The position numbers and the translations under genes were made by a program. The notes beneath the pieces were generated by a model that had not been told where the DNA came from, did not search any database, and worked only from the letters and a program-made list of their open reading frames with translations. From NCBI RefSeq assembly GCF_000011805.1, contig NC_006841.2: a stretch of 32,000 bases of DNA, one strand, 5' to 3'. The stretch's first letter is position 1, and the number at the start of each line of letters is the position of its first letter. Origin of the DNA: Aliivibrio fischeri ES114 (lineage in GTDB: Bacteria > Pseudomonadota > Gammaproteobacteria > Enterobacterales > Vibrionaceae). Positions 9,179-18,296 of this stretch are shown one piece after another.

Positions 9179-10596
9179 TTGGAAAATACCTCTAATGTCT
9201 GATCTAAAATGGATAGCAAGCGTTTTACCTTATCTCCATCTGGCAAGCGAGGTTCATAACTTAATAACCAATGAGCCTTAGTTTTTGTCTCTGATGCAAT
9301 TTCCTTTGACTGACAAATGTCATCCAGCACCTCTATAACTTGGCTTAAGAGATACTCATTGTTGTTTCCAGGGTTGTGAAATAGCGTTGCCAGTTGATAG
9401 TCCGAGGAACGCTCACCATATGGCGTCGCATCGACCAGTGTATTTGTTGCCATATCGTACACACAGCAATTCTTTGCGCTTATGTCAGATACAATAAGTG
9501 GTGAGTGTGTTGCGATAAGGAAGTGACAGCCACGATAGCTTGAAAACGATTCACTTAATATATCAACGAAGCGTTCCTGCCATTGGGGATGGAGACTAAT
9601 TTCAGGTTCGTCAATGCAGATCAGCGCATTGTCTTCTATGGACGATATAATGCCCATAAACAGCAGAAACAAGCATTGTTCGCCAGAACTACGCTTTGAT
9701 AAAGACGAGATAGCGGAACTTTCGATATCTACAATAGATTGGTCGTTTATCAGCGATTTATCTTTCATTGTTTGTATGCTTGAAAGAGTAATCAATCCTG
9801 CTCTGAGCATTCTTGAAATGATGAGTTTAGAGAAAGGTTTTTGTTCAGAGTCCTTCAGATGGATAAGATTAAGGTTTTGATTACCTACGGTTAATGCAAA
9901 TGCAGGTGCCTCTACAATTCTTTCGCAATAACTCAGTAGCTCAACCAACTCCATTTCATCGTGTTCGATATAGGCATTTTTCAAAATTAATTGAGTTTCA
10001 GGCTCAGTTGATGACTGATTTTGGATATTCTTCAGATCTTCGTTAGGGAATGTGAGTTCGAATTTCAGGAGCAATTTTTGACCAAAATCGAACTTCGATA
10101 AAAATCCGACCAGAGCCTTGTGCTTACGTTTTTCGAAATACTCTGCCCCTAACAACTGTTGAATGGCTTTTGATGCAATACGCGTCGATGGAGACAACGA
10201 TGGCATATAAGGTTTAGATCCAATATATGCGTAGAAACCTGACGGCACTGCATCATTTCGAACGATCCAATTAGCTTTAAATTTTTCAAACTGGCTAGTG
10301 GAGGCTGCAATCAGTTTTCTAGGTAAACGGTGCCCATACTCACGCTCTACTGTTTTCCAATTGTGTGGTGAAAAGTCTTCTCTGAGATAGTGAACAGCAG
10401 ATGCTACATGGGTATCCTTTTCAAGTAAGGCACTAGTGTAATAACTGTGGTACTTGTTGCATGTATCAATCAAAAGCTCGGTTTTACCACAGCCATTATT
10501 TCCGATGATAACCGTAAACGCATTACGCTCATCATCTTCTTTATTCCAGAGAACGTGATCCCTTACTTTTTTAACTCTAAAACCCATGATTGCCAC
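9175..10596 (-). CDS. AAA/ABC-type (OLD-like, SMC-like) ATPase, PtuA-like component of a Septu-like two-gene system
   Basis: 473 aa. Walker A IIGNNGCGKTELL; ABC signature-like SKRSSGEQCLFLLF; Walker B ALICIDEPEISLHPQWQ; H-loop FLIATHSPLIVSD. The ORF-track start at 10596 is a GTG codon; ATG at 10587 (MGFRVKKVRDHVLW) is an equally plausible start. Confidence 0.8.
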   Translation of the reverse strand: MAIMGFRVKKVRDHVLWNKEDDERNAFTVIIGNNGCGKTELLIDTCNKYHSYYTSALLEKDTHVASAVHYLREDFSPHNWKTVEREYGHRLPRKLIAASTSQFEKFKANWIVRNDAVPSGFYAYIGSKPYMPSLSPSTRIASKAIQQLLGAEYFEKRKHKALVGFLSKFDFGQKLLLKFELTFPNEDLKNIQNQSSTEPETQLILKNAYIEHDEMELVELLSYCERIVEAPAFALTVGNQNLNLIHLKDSEQKPFSKLIISRMLRAGLITLSSIQTMKDKSLINDQSIVDIESSAISSLSKRSSGEQCLFLLFMGIISSIEDNALICIDEPEISLHPQWQERFVDILSESFSSYRGCHFLIATHSPLIVSDISAKNCCVYDMATNTLVDATPYGERSSDYQLATLFHNPGNNNEYLLSQVIEVLDDICQSKEIASETKTKAHWLLSYEPRLPDGDKVKRLLSILDQTLEVFSK

Positions 10597-10995
10597 TAAA
10601 GTATCTGATTTAAAAGTTTATTTTACACTTGCTCTCAATATAAACAAATGCAATTAGATATATTTTTTATTGATAGTTTTTAGTGTGAGTAAACAAAACT
10701 GAATGACGATTTTTAAATACAGAAGGGAATAATTTTAGCAAGGAATGAGGCAATAACAAATCAGCTATTCCCCTTGAGCGTAATAGTGTTCTACACCTCT
10801 CCAGTCACCGCACATTGGCCTTCAATTACTACCTTCGGTTTCTTCTCTAATATCTCAAGCACAATCAACCTATCTGCAAAACTGCTCCTAAGCGATTTAA
10901 CATTCTTTGACAGATAGCGCTTACACGATTAGCCTGAGAGTCTCTTAGTGGAATAGCCTTTTGTTTGTCGTTTTAAAATGCAGTAGGGAAGCGGA

Positions 10996-11835
10996 ATGAA
11001 TTTAAATTTTATCAAACATTTTCTGGCAGTGTATGACTTTGGTAGCGTGACAAAAGCGGCGGATTATTTAAATATTACGCAGCCCTCAATGAGCAGTGCG
11101 ATCAAAAAATTTGAAGAGAGTTATGGGCAACCATTATTTCTAAAAGTAGGGCGCTCTCTTGAGCCAACCGATGCCGCCCATTCATTAGCTTATCAAGTTC
11201 GACCTATCATGGAGCAATTAGTCATGGCGTTGGAATCTCCACGTCGTTTGATAGTGAGTGCACCAGAAATCGTTTTGCAATCTCTGCCTGATATGGACGA
11301 TGCTTTGCTGACTGAAAGCCCAGCGGTTGAGTACCAAATGCTGGATAAAATTCGCTCTGGTGAAGTGGATATATTGATTGATGATATTACGGTAACGGAC
11401 TACACCTTTGTGACTGAAAGTTTAGGCAAAATGGATATCGCTTTTGCATGTCGAAATGATCATCCAACTATCCTTGGCTATTCATTAAGTTTAGAGCAAT
11501 TTAACCAAGCTGAGCATGTCATGCTTAAACTGAAAAATGAGAATGTGGGCGCGTTTGAAACTCGTCCTGATGAGATATTTGAGCGTAACATTGTTCGTGA
11601 AGTGAGTGGGCCATCTAACTTATTGTTGAGTGTGAGGAATACGGATGCGATCTGCATTGTGGCTGAAAGTATGTTTGGTTTAGCTCAAGAGCTCGGTTTA
11701 AAGGTATTAGAGTCTCCTTTTCCATTACAGCCTTATGAGATAAAGCTGATTTACCACCGTCGTAATATCACCAATAAAACGCATAAATACATACGTGAAC
11801 AGATCAAATCAAGGCTGAGTGAACTTCATCAATAA
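10996..11835 (+). CDS. LysR family transcriptional regulator
   Basis: 279 aa. MNLNFIKHFLAVYDFGSVTKAADYLNITQPSMSSAIKKFEESYGQPLFLKVGRSLEPTDAA; AAGCGGA-like RBS. Confidence 0.88.
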   Translation: MNLNFIKHFLAVYDFGSVTKAADYLNITQPSMSSAIKKFEESYGQPLFLKVGRSLEPTDAAHSLAYQVRPIMEQLVMALESPRRLIVSAPEIVLQSLPDMDDALLTESPAVEYQMLDKIRSGEVDILIDDITVTDYTFVTESLGKMDIAFACRNDHPTILGYSLSLEQFNQAEHVMLKLKNENVGAFETRPDEIFERNIVREVSGPSNLLLSVRNTDAICIVAESMFGLAQELGLKVLESPFPLQPYEIKLIYHRRNITNKTHKYIREQIKSRLSELHQ

Positions 11836-12108
11836 TTCATAGATAAAAACTATATATCGCATAGTTAATGGTCAATAGTTTATCGTTATCAATCATCATA
11901 GTATTACCTAATTGCAATCTAATTCATTAATCTTTAATGGAAAATTGAATTGATTTTAACGATAGGTAAACCGGAGTTATTTGATGAAATTTGATAAAGA
12001 TGTTGTTATTCCTCGTACATTAATTGCCACTATTATCGCTGTTTTAATTATTGCCCCTAATGTAGGGTAAGCGTTTCGTCTTCATATTTGAAATGAAAAT
12101 AACTGCTG

Positions 12109-13461
12109 TTATAAGCGTACTCTTGTTTCAATCGGTTTTTGAGGTGATTGAGCTTGTAAAAAGGGCAGAAGCAGTAACCCTATGACAGCAGCACAAGTCG
12201 AAATGGTGATAAAGAACCCTGTCCATCCATAGGTTTCTAAAATCACCGCTAATGGGTAGCCTGAAAGCGCTGCCCCCATATAAGCAAATAATCCAACAAA
12301 CCCTGTAGCGGCGCCTGCCGAGTCTTTGTGTGAGCATTCAGCCGCAGCCATACCAATTAACATTTGTGGTCCAAAAACAAAGAAACCAACAGAAAATAGC
12401 CCAGCAGCTTGAAACACAAAATTGGTTAACGGCATAAGCCATAACGCTGAAACGGAAAGAAAAATACCAATAGCGAACAAAATATTCATAGGTCCACGAT
12501 TGCCCCCAAAGAGCTTGTCAGAACCCCATCCAGCAACAAGAGAGCCCACAAAACCGCCAATTTCAAATAGGGATAATGCGGCATTTGCATTAATTAAGCT
12601 GTAGTTGTGTTCTTCTGTGAGATACAGGTTTCCCCAGTCATTGACTGCGGTTCTTACGATGTAAACCAATACATAGCTAAAAGCGAGTAACCAAATGTAC
12701 TTATTACTAAACACATAGGTTTTTAAAATCTCTCGATAGCTTAATCCTTGGCCATGGTTTTCTTGTGCGAGCTCTAGTGGATCATTACGCCATTTTCCTA
12801 CACTAGGTAAGCCCATGGTGGTGGGTTTATCACGTAGACGCCAACATACAATAAGTCCAATTGCGACACCAATAATACCCGGTAAGATAAAACCTTCTCG
12901 CCAACTGTAATGAAGGGTTAAATAGCCCACAAGAATAGGGATTAGCGCTCCACCGATGTTGTGTGCTGTGTTCCATATTGCCCAACGGAACCCTCTTTCA
13001 GATCGAGAGTACCAAGTGGTGAGGAGCTTTGAACATGAAGGCCAACCCCATCCTTGAAACCATGCATTAAGTACCCACAGAGAGATAAAAGCCGCTAATG
13101 AACTAGAGAAGCCAAAAGCAATATTAATCAGTCCGGTGGCAATTAATCCTAGCCCCATAAAATAACGAGGGTTAGAGCGATCAGAAATGGTGCCTGAAAG
13201 AAATTTTGATAAGCCGTACGAGATATAGAAAAGAGTGCCGATTAAACCGAGATCACCTTTATCAAGCCCTAAATCTGTGATCATAGCAGGAGCGGCATAG
13301 TTAAAGGTTTTACGAGTAAAGTAAAAACCAGCATAACCAATGTACATGCCGATCATGATATGTAAACGCCAATAGCGATAACTTTCGTTTACTTGAGTAT
13401 CACTAAGTGTGTTGTCATTTGATGTGGTTGAGCGTAAAAATCCAAACATAGTCATACTCAC
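12109..13461 (-). CDS. uhpC: MFS hexose-phosphate sensor/transporter-like protein UhpC
   Basis: 450 aa OPA-family MFS (YAGFYFTRKTFNYAAPAMITDLGLDKGDLGLIGTLFYISYGLSKFLSGTISDRSNPRYFM...WFQGWGWPSCSKLLTTWYSRSERG.WAIWNTAHNIGG). Adjacent to and overlapping uhpB by ATGA. Confidence 0.88.
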   Translation of the reverse strand: MSMTMFGFLRSTTSNDNTLSDTQVNESYRYWRLHIMIGMYIGYAGFYFTRKTFNYAAPAMITDLGLDKGDLGLIGTLFYISYGLSKFLSGTISDRSNPRYFMGLGLIATGLINIAFGFSSSLAAFISLWVLNAWFQGWGWPSCSKLLTTWYSRSERGFRWAIWNTAHNIGGALIPILVGYLTLHYSWREGFILPGIIGVAIGLIVCWRLRDKPTTMGLPSVGKWRNDPLELAQENHGQGLSYREILKTYVFSNKYIWLLAFSYVLVYIVRTAVNDWGNLYLTEEHNYSLINANAALSLFEIGGFVGSLVAGWGSDKLFGGNRGPMNILFAIGIFLSVSALWLMPLTNFVFQAAGLFSVGFFVFGPQMLIGMAAAECSHKDSAGAATGFVGLFAYMGAALSGYPLAVILETYGWTGFFITISTCAAVIGLLLLPFLQAQSPQKPIETRVRL

Positions 13462-14954
13462 ATTTTTGGTAGTGCAATGCTAATTTGAGTGCCAGGAATC
13501 GAGGTATTGGAATTGATGGCCATTTTCCCACCGAGTGCTTGAACTCGCTCTTGCATACCTCTTACTCCCATTCCATTCATTAAATCTTGGGTTTTAAATC
13601 CAATACCATTGTCGGTAATAAAAAGGCTCACTTGCTCATCAAGAGTAAGCTCGATTCTAATTTCACTGGCTTGTGCGTATTTATAAGCGTTATTGAGTGA
13701 CTCTTGGCATAAGCGGAAGATAGTGACTTTAAGCGTATCGCTTAAGCATGAATAATCACCTTGCCAGTTTAGTTGTATATCAACGCCGTGATCGGAAAAC
13801 TCCATTTCACGGATGAGTTGCTCAACGGATTCTTTTAAATCCAAATCATCCAACATTTTGGGTCTTAACTTGGTTAATAATCGCTTGGTTGTGTCATAAA
13901 CATTGAGTGAGAGTGTCTCGATAGTATCGGCGCAACGAACACTCATCTCAGCGGCATCAATGCGTTTAATTATGCTTGCTTGAGTACGGATAGCCGTGAT
14001 GTTTTGGCCTATTTCATCATGCAATTCACGTGCAATATCACGACGAACCGATTCCTCTGCTGTAATTAATTGGCGTGATAGATTTTGATTACGAGACAGT
14101 TCATTACGTAATTTTTGATTGAGATCTTTCTGCTTTTGAACCGCTAATCCAAGTAAAATACCCGTAATGGTTTGGGCTGAAAGCGATAAAAGTAAATCGG
14201 TAATTTCAAGTTTAGATACGCCACTGTGAGCTGCAATTAATGCCACACTATTAAATAATGTCGCTAATAACGCCCCTTGCCACCCGTATCGTACCGCAAG
14301 CAAAATAATCGGAATTGCCATACAAAAAGGAGCGAAGCGTCTTAACTCATCAGGTAAACTGGTTTGTATTAAAATGCTAGCAACCAACAATAGACTGTAT
14401 AAAGCGATATGACGTATTTTAAATTCAACAGCGGTATTGATTAGGTGGGAGCTCAGTGGTGCCCATTTATTTTGAAATAGATAGTTCCACACTAAATAGC
14501 ACATCGGAACCAGCATTAACCCGCCAGTAATGCTCACAAGCCATACCATGTAAATCGAAGGAACATGAGATCCCACGACCGCAATATTGATGAGTGCGGT
14601 GATCATAATGACGCTTGCCATGATGAGAAGATGACGGTTTTGATCGCCGTAGTAATACCGTTTTGCAAACCACGTAATGGGAATACTTAAGGCACTAGCA
14701 ATAAGAACGGTTAGCCATTGTGGTTCATCAAGTAGTAGAGCTAAAGCGATGGTTAGCCCCCATTCTGCAATGTAAATCGCAGGCCAATAGGAAGGGCGAG
14801 TGTGCAGAGTCATTCCTAAGCGTAGGGAGAAGGGAAATAACAAAATGGCAAGCTCAGGGTCATTAATAAAGTAATAAGCAATGACCCATAAGCAAAACCA
14901 AGCACAAGCGGCCATAAAAGCACCGCACAGTGATGTGGCTAAATAAGAGCGCAT
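13458..14954 (-). CDS. uhpB: Sensor histidine kinase UhpB (membrane MASE1-like N-terminus, HisKA_3 + HATPase_c)
   Basis: 498 aa with about 8 N-terminal TM segments, RRDIARELHDEIGQNITAIRTQASIIKR phospho-acceptor motif and ITDNGIGFK / GMGVRGMQERVQALGG ATPase motifs. Operonic with uhpA and uhpC. Confidence 0.9.
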   Translation of the reverse strand: MRSYLATSLCGAFMAACAWFCLWVIAYYFINDPELAILLFPFSLRLGMTLHTRPSYWPAIYIAEWGLTIALALLLDEPQWLTVLIASALSIPITWFAKRYYYGDQNRHLLIMASVIMITALINIAVVGSHVPSIYMVWLVSITGGLMLVPMCYLVWNYLFQNKWAPLSSHLINTAVEFKIRHIALYSLLLVASILIQTSLPDELRRFAPFCMAIPIILLAVRYGWQGALLATLFNSVALIAAHSGVSKLEITDLLLSLSAQTITGILLGLAVQKQKDLNQKLRNELSRNQNLSRQLITAEESVRRDIARELHDEIGQNITAIRTQASIIKRIDAAEMSVRCADTIETLSLNVYDTTKRLLTKLRPKMLDDLDLKESVEQLIREMEFSDHGVDIQLNWQGDYSCLSDTLKVTIFRLCQESLNNAYKYAQASEIRIELTLDEQVSLFITDNGIGFKTQDLMNGMGVRGMQERVQALGGKMAINSNTSIPGTQISIALPKM

Positions 14955-15562
14955 TAGTATGAATCTTGAGTGAAGAGTTTAGCCAGCTCAACGTTATTTT
15001 TTACGTTAAGTTTATCCATTGCATTAGCGCGGTGAACATGGACGGTTTTATGGCTAAGGCCTAATTCAATGGCAATGGATTTTACGTCTAACCCAGTTGC
15101 AAGTAATTGACAAACTTCGTTTTCACGGCGAGTTAGATGATTTAATGCGGTTTTATTTTTAACAGGTGTGGCCAGTTTAATCGCAATATCTGGCGTAAGG
15201 TAACAACCGCCATTAGCACTGGTTCTTACCGCTTGAATGAGCTCATCAGGGCTGCAACGTTTACTTAGATAGCCTTTTGCTCCCAACTCTAGTGATTTCT
15301 CAACCATGGCTGGAGAGTCATGCACACTGAGCATGATGCTCGCAATACCAGATGGAATATCTTCTAACAGGCTCAATCCACTCTCATCTTGCATCGAAAT
15401 ATCTAAAATGACGACATCAGGATGACAACTTGGTAGTCCACGACGCGCTTCTGCTGCTGAGCTAAATTCCCCAACGACAGAGATATCTGATTCCAAACTA
15501 AGTAATTGAGCGAAACCAGAGCGGACAATGATGTGGTCATCAACAAGTGCAACATTAATCAT
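14954..15562 (-). CDS. uhpA: Response regulator UhpA (REC + LuxR/FixJ HTH)
   Basis: 202 aa, strongly UhpA-like: [95 protein letters not shown]. Stop overlaps the uhpB start (TAATG). Confidence 0.95.
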   Translation of the reverse strand: MINVALVDDHIIVRSGFAQLLSLESDISVVGEFSSAAEARRGLPSCHPDVVILDISMQDESGLSLLEDIPSGIASIMLSVHDSPAMVEKSLELGAKGYLSKRCSPDELIQAVRTSANGGCYLTPDIAIKLATPVKNKTALNHLTRRENEVCQLLATGLDVKSIAIELGLSHKTVHVHRANAMDKLNVKNNVELAKLFTQDSY

Positions 15563-15675
15563 GATAAGTAACCAAAATTGGGAATGAAAAGCAAAATAGC
15601 CCCAATGGGAGCGACAAGAATATAAATATAAGGTGGGGTAATGATACTGAATTGAGAACGTTATTGGTATGATCT

Positions 15676-15703
15676 CGCGCGCTTTAGCTAGGTAAAGCGC
15701 GCG
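15676..15703 (-). other. GC-rich intercistronic hairpin between uhpT and uhpA
   Basis: Perfect 11-bp stem CGCGCGCTTTA (15676-15686) / TAAAGCGCGCG (15693-15703), 6-nt loop, immediately after the uhpT stop. No U-tract follows in the minus direction. Confidence 0.7.
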
Positions 15704-15709
15704 AAAGTA

Positions 15710-17104
15710 TTACGCTTGTTTTGCAGCTAGGTGCATTTTTTTAGCGTGACGGATTTTCTTCTCTTCGGCGATAGCGACAAACACAAGTAAGAAAATACAG
15801 ATTGCAGCAGAAGTATCTAACGCCGCAAATGTGCCTTTCCAACCGGTTAAGCCAAAGATAGGAGTACCATCTGCAATCATACCAAGGCCTAGTTTTGCAA
15901 AGCTGTCACCAATTAAGTAAGCGAAAGTACCTTTCACACCATCGGCAACACTGATGGCTTTTTTGGGAACAAAACCAACCGCAGCAACACCAATTAATAA
16001 CTGAGGACCAAACACTAAGAAACCAAGTACAAACAGAGAAGCAAGATACATGAACTCACTGGTCGCGTGTTGGTAAAACTCTAGTGACACAATGATTAAG
16101 CCAAGAGAAACACAAGCAACCAAAGCACGACGACCGTTAGCAAGGTCAGATAAATAACCCCACATTAATGTGCCAACAAGAGCGCCGACTTCAAATAGAG
16201 TAAAGCCTGAAATAGCAGTTTCTTTTGATAGACCTAATTCTTGATAAGCGTAAACCGTAGACCATTGATCGATACCAATACGAACAATGTATAAGAAAAT
16301 ATTCGCAAAGCAGAGTAACCAGATCACTTTGTTTTTAAGTACATACTCAACAAAGATCTCTTTTTTCGTCATTTGATTTTCTTCAGCAGCAGTATCTTCT
16401 TCACTGATCTCTTCATCAAAAAGTTCTTCAACTTTACCTAGGCCATAAGCTTCTGGTGAGTCACTACCAAAACGCATACCAATAAAGCCAACAATGATTG
16501 CAATGATAGATGGGAATACGAACATACCGATAACGTTGCCATCAAATAGGTAGTTTGCACCAAATAGAGCAACACCAGCCGCACCAGCACCACCAACGTT
16601 GTGTGACATATTCCAAAGACCTAAATATGAACCACGTTTATTACGAGGCGTCCATTTAGTGATGGTTGAGTAACTTGAAGGACCACCTGTACTTTGGAAA
16701 AAACCACTTAACGCATAGAAAGCGACCATCATGAATAGACTCGCGCTGCCGCCACCCATACTGAAGCTAAAACCTAGCATAGCTAAACCAGAAAGAATCA
16801 GCATGAAAGGTAAGAATTGTTTGGTGTTTTTACCATCAGCATAGTAAGACACAACGGTTTTACCAATACCATAAGTAATTGAAAAGCCAAGACCAATCAG
16901 ACCTAAGTCAGTCATTGATAATCCGTAAGTTGAAATCATGTCGTTTTGTGCGACATTGAAGTTTTTACGGATCAGATACATGGTTAAATAACCAATAAAT
17001 ACAACTAGGTAAGATTGTAGGAAAGGCTTAAACCACATTTTTCTTCGTACTTCTACCGGAAGATCTAATGTTGGTTTTCTAACCTGATCTAAGAACTTTA
17101 ACAT
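15710..17104 (-). CDS. uhpT: Hexose-6-phosphate:phosphate antiporter UhpT
   Basis: 464 aa. [76 protein letters not shown]...[44 protein letters not shown], characteristic of UhpT. Confidence 0.95.
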   Translation of the reverse strand: MLKFLDQVRKPTLDLPVEVRRKMWFKPFLQSYLVVFIGYLTMYLIRKNFNVAQNDMISTYGLSMTDLGLIGLGFSITYGIGKTVVSYYADGKNTKQFLPFMLILSGLAMLGFSFSMGGGSASLFMMVAFYALSGFFQSTGGPSSYSTITKWTPRNKRGSYLGLWNMSHNVGGAGAAGVALFGANYLFDGNVIGMFVFPSIIAIIVGFIGMRFGSDSPEAYGLGKVEELFDEEISEEDTAAEENQMTKKEIFVEYVLKNKVIWLLCFANIFLYIVRIGIDQWSTVYAYQELGLSKETAISGFTLFEVGALVGTLMWGYLSDLANGRRALVACVSLGLIIVSLEFYQHATSEFMYLASLFVLGFLVFGPQLLIGVAAVGFVPKKAISVADGVKGTFAYLIGDSFAKLGLGMIADGTPIFGLTGWKGTFAALDTSAAICIFLLVFVAIAEEKKIRHAKKMHLAAKQA

Positions 17105-17229
17105 TGTGAACTCTCTTATAATCTATAAGGATATGTACGGAGTCATGTGCTCCATACTCTCTTTGTTATTTGACAGGAGAATAGTAAGGAGTCTAAAAAG
17201 CGACCGCATGAGAGAGGGTCTTAGAATAA

Positions 17230-17246
17230 CTAGGAAAAATTCCTAG
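17230..17246. promoter_or_regulatory. Perfect inverted repeat upstream of uhpT, candidate UhpA operator
   Basis: CTAGGAA-AAA-TTCCTAG, 7-bp perfect arms, about 130 nt upstream of the uhpT ATG. Confidence 0.5.
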
Positions 17247-17269
17247 AAATTGATGAGGGATATAGAAAG

Positions 17270-17285
17270 CGTGAAAAAGCTCACA
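17270..17285. promoter_or_regulatory. Candidate CRP/cAMP binding site upstream of uhpT
   Basis: CGTGA-AAAAGC-TCACA versus consensus TGTGA-N6-TCACA (9/10 match). Centre is 39.5 bp upstream of the centre of the 17230-17246 repeat. Confidence 0.6.
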
Positions 17286-17377
17286 TTGTGTATGGTTCTG
17301 TTGAGTGTTTTAAAGGATGGATAAATAGGAATTCTCCATCCTTTAGAATATGGTTTTTTTATATATTAATTTATTGT

Positions 17378-18121
17378 TTATTCAATTAGTTCAGAGGACG
17401 TAATATCTTGTTCTAAGGGGCATTGAACGTCTATTAATAACTCATTAAGTTCTGTTGGACAAAGCATTTGCTCTTTTGTGATAGAAAATTTGGCCGCCAT
17501 AATTTGATTGAATAAGTTCCAATGTTGCAATAATAGTTTTTCTTGGTTATTTGCAAATTGCGGCCAGGTTTCAGACATCATTGGCGTTAAGCTAGAAGCC
17601 CCATGAGAAAAGATCAGCATTTGCCATTTTGTTTCCCATATATCGAGTTTACTTTCTGGATTTACTTGGTTGTATTCTTCAAATAAGTCTTTGAATATAG
17701 ATTCAAATTCACATTTTGTTTTTAAAAAATACTCAAGTAATGCGTTATCATCTTGTCGAATGGCATCGGCAATCATTTTGATTGGTTGTGGGTTCATTAA
17801 GGTGAATGCAGACAACTTAACAATGAATAAGTAGATACGATAACTCGGCGTTTTGTCTGTTGGCAGAGAAGCAATGATAGCGTGTAGATAGGTCTGCATA
17901 TGTTTATCACAAGCATCACAAATTGCTTTCCAAATCATATCTTTACTACCAAAATGGTGACGAATAAGACTATGAGAAACGCCCGCTTTTTCACTGATAT
18001 TACGCAGTGATACACGTTCGTAACCTAACTCACCAAACATCGTTGCCGCAACCATTAAGATTTGACATTTTGTTTGTTCAGCAGTTTCGGTACTTCTTTT
18101 TCCCTGCTTTTTCTCTGTCAT
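17378..18121 (-). CDS. TetR/AcrR family regulator, divergent from the RND efflux operon
   Basis: 247 aa. TKCQILMVAATMFGELGYERVSLRNISEKAGVSHSLIRHHFGSKDMIWKA HTH. Confidence 0.9.
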   Translation of the reverse strand: MTEKKQGKRSTETAEQTKCQILMVAATMFGELGYERVSLRNISEKAGVSHSLIRHHFGSKDMIWKAICDACDKHMQTYLHAIIASLPTDKTPSYRIYLFIVKLSAFTLMNPQPIKMIADAIRQDDNALLEYFLKTKCEFESIFKDLFEEYNQVNPESKLDIWETKWQMLIFSHGASSLTPMMSETWPQFANNQEKLLLQHWNLFNQIMAAKFSITKEQMLCPTELNELLIDVQCPLEQDITSSELIE

Positions 18122-18296
18122 TACTCACCCTTAGCTTGTGCGTTAATTACCAATATATACGAATTAAGAGTTGCTAATAACTGTGATTTCTGAGCAGCTT
18201 AAGACGTATTGATGGCTTAAGCATATCAAGTTCAACGTCTAACGCGTACTTAAAAATGCACTTTTTAATTATTTTACTGCACGAGTGTAAAATATA

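Noticed and set aside
8963-9880. Plus-strand ORFs 8963..9202 and 9614..9880 over the HNH/ATPase genes
   Set aside because: Antisense to the two supported CDSs. I considered an antitoxin-like or regulatory small gene but saw no RBS or domain features.
8543-10596. Complete retron (RT + msr/msd + PtuAB effectors)
   Set aside because: No reverse transcriptase ORF and no convincing msr/msd structure in the flanks, so only the Septu-like pair can be supported.
8543-10596. Gabija, Zorya, BREX or restriction-modification assignment
   Set aside because: No UvrD-like helicase, no Toprim domain, no MotAB-like pair, no methyltransferase or phosphatase genes nearby.
12128-14673. Short ORFs 12128..12337, 12422..12604 and 14467..14673
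   Set aside because: Shadow ORFs within uhpC and uhpB.
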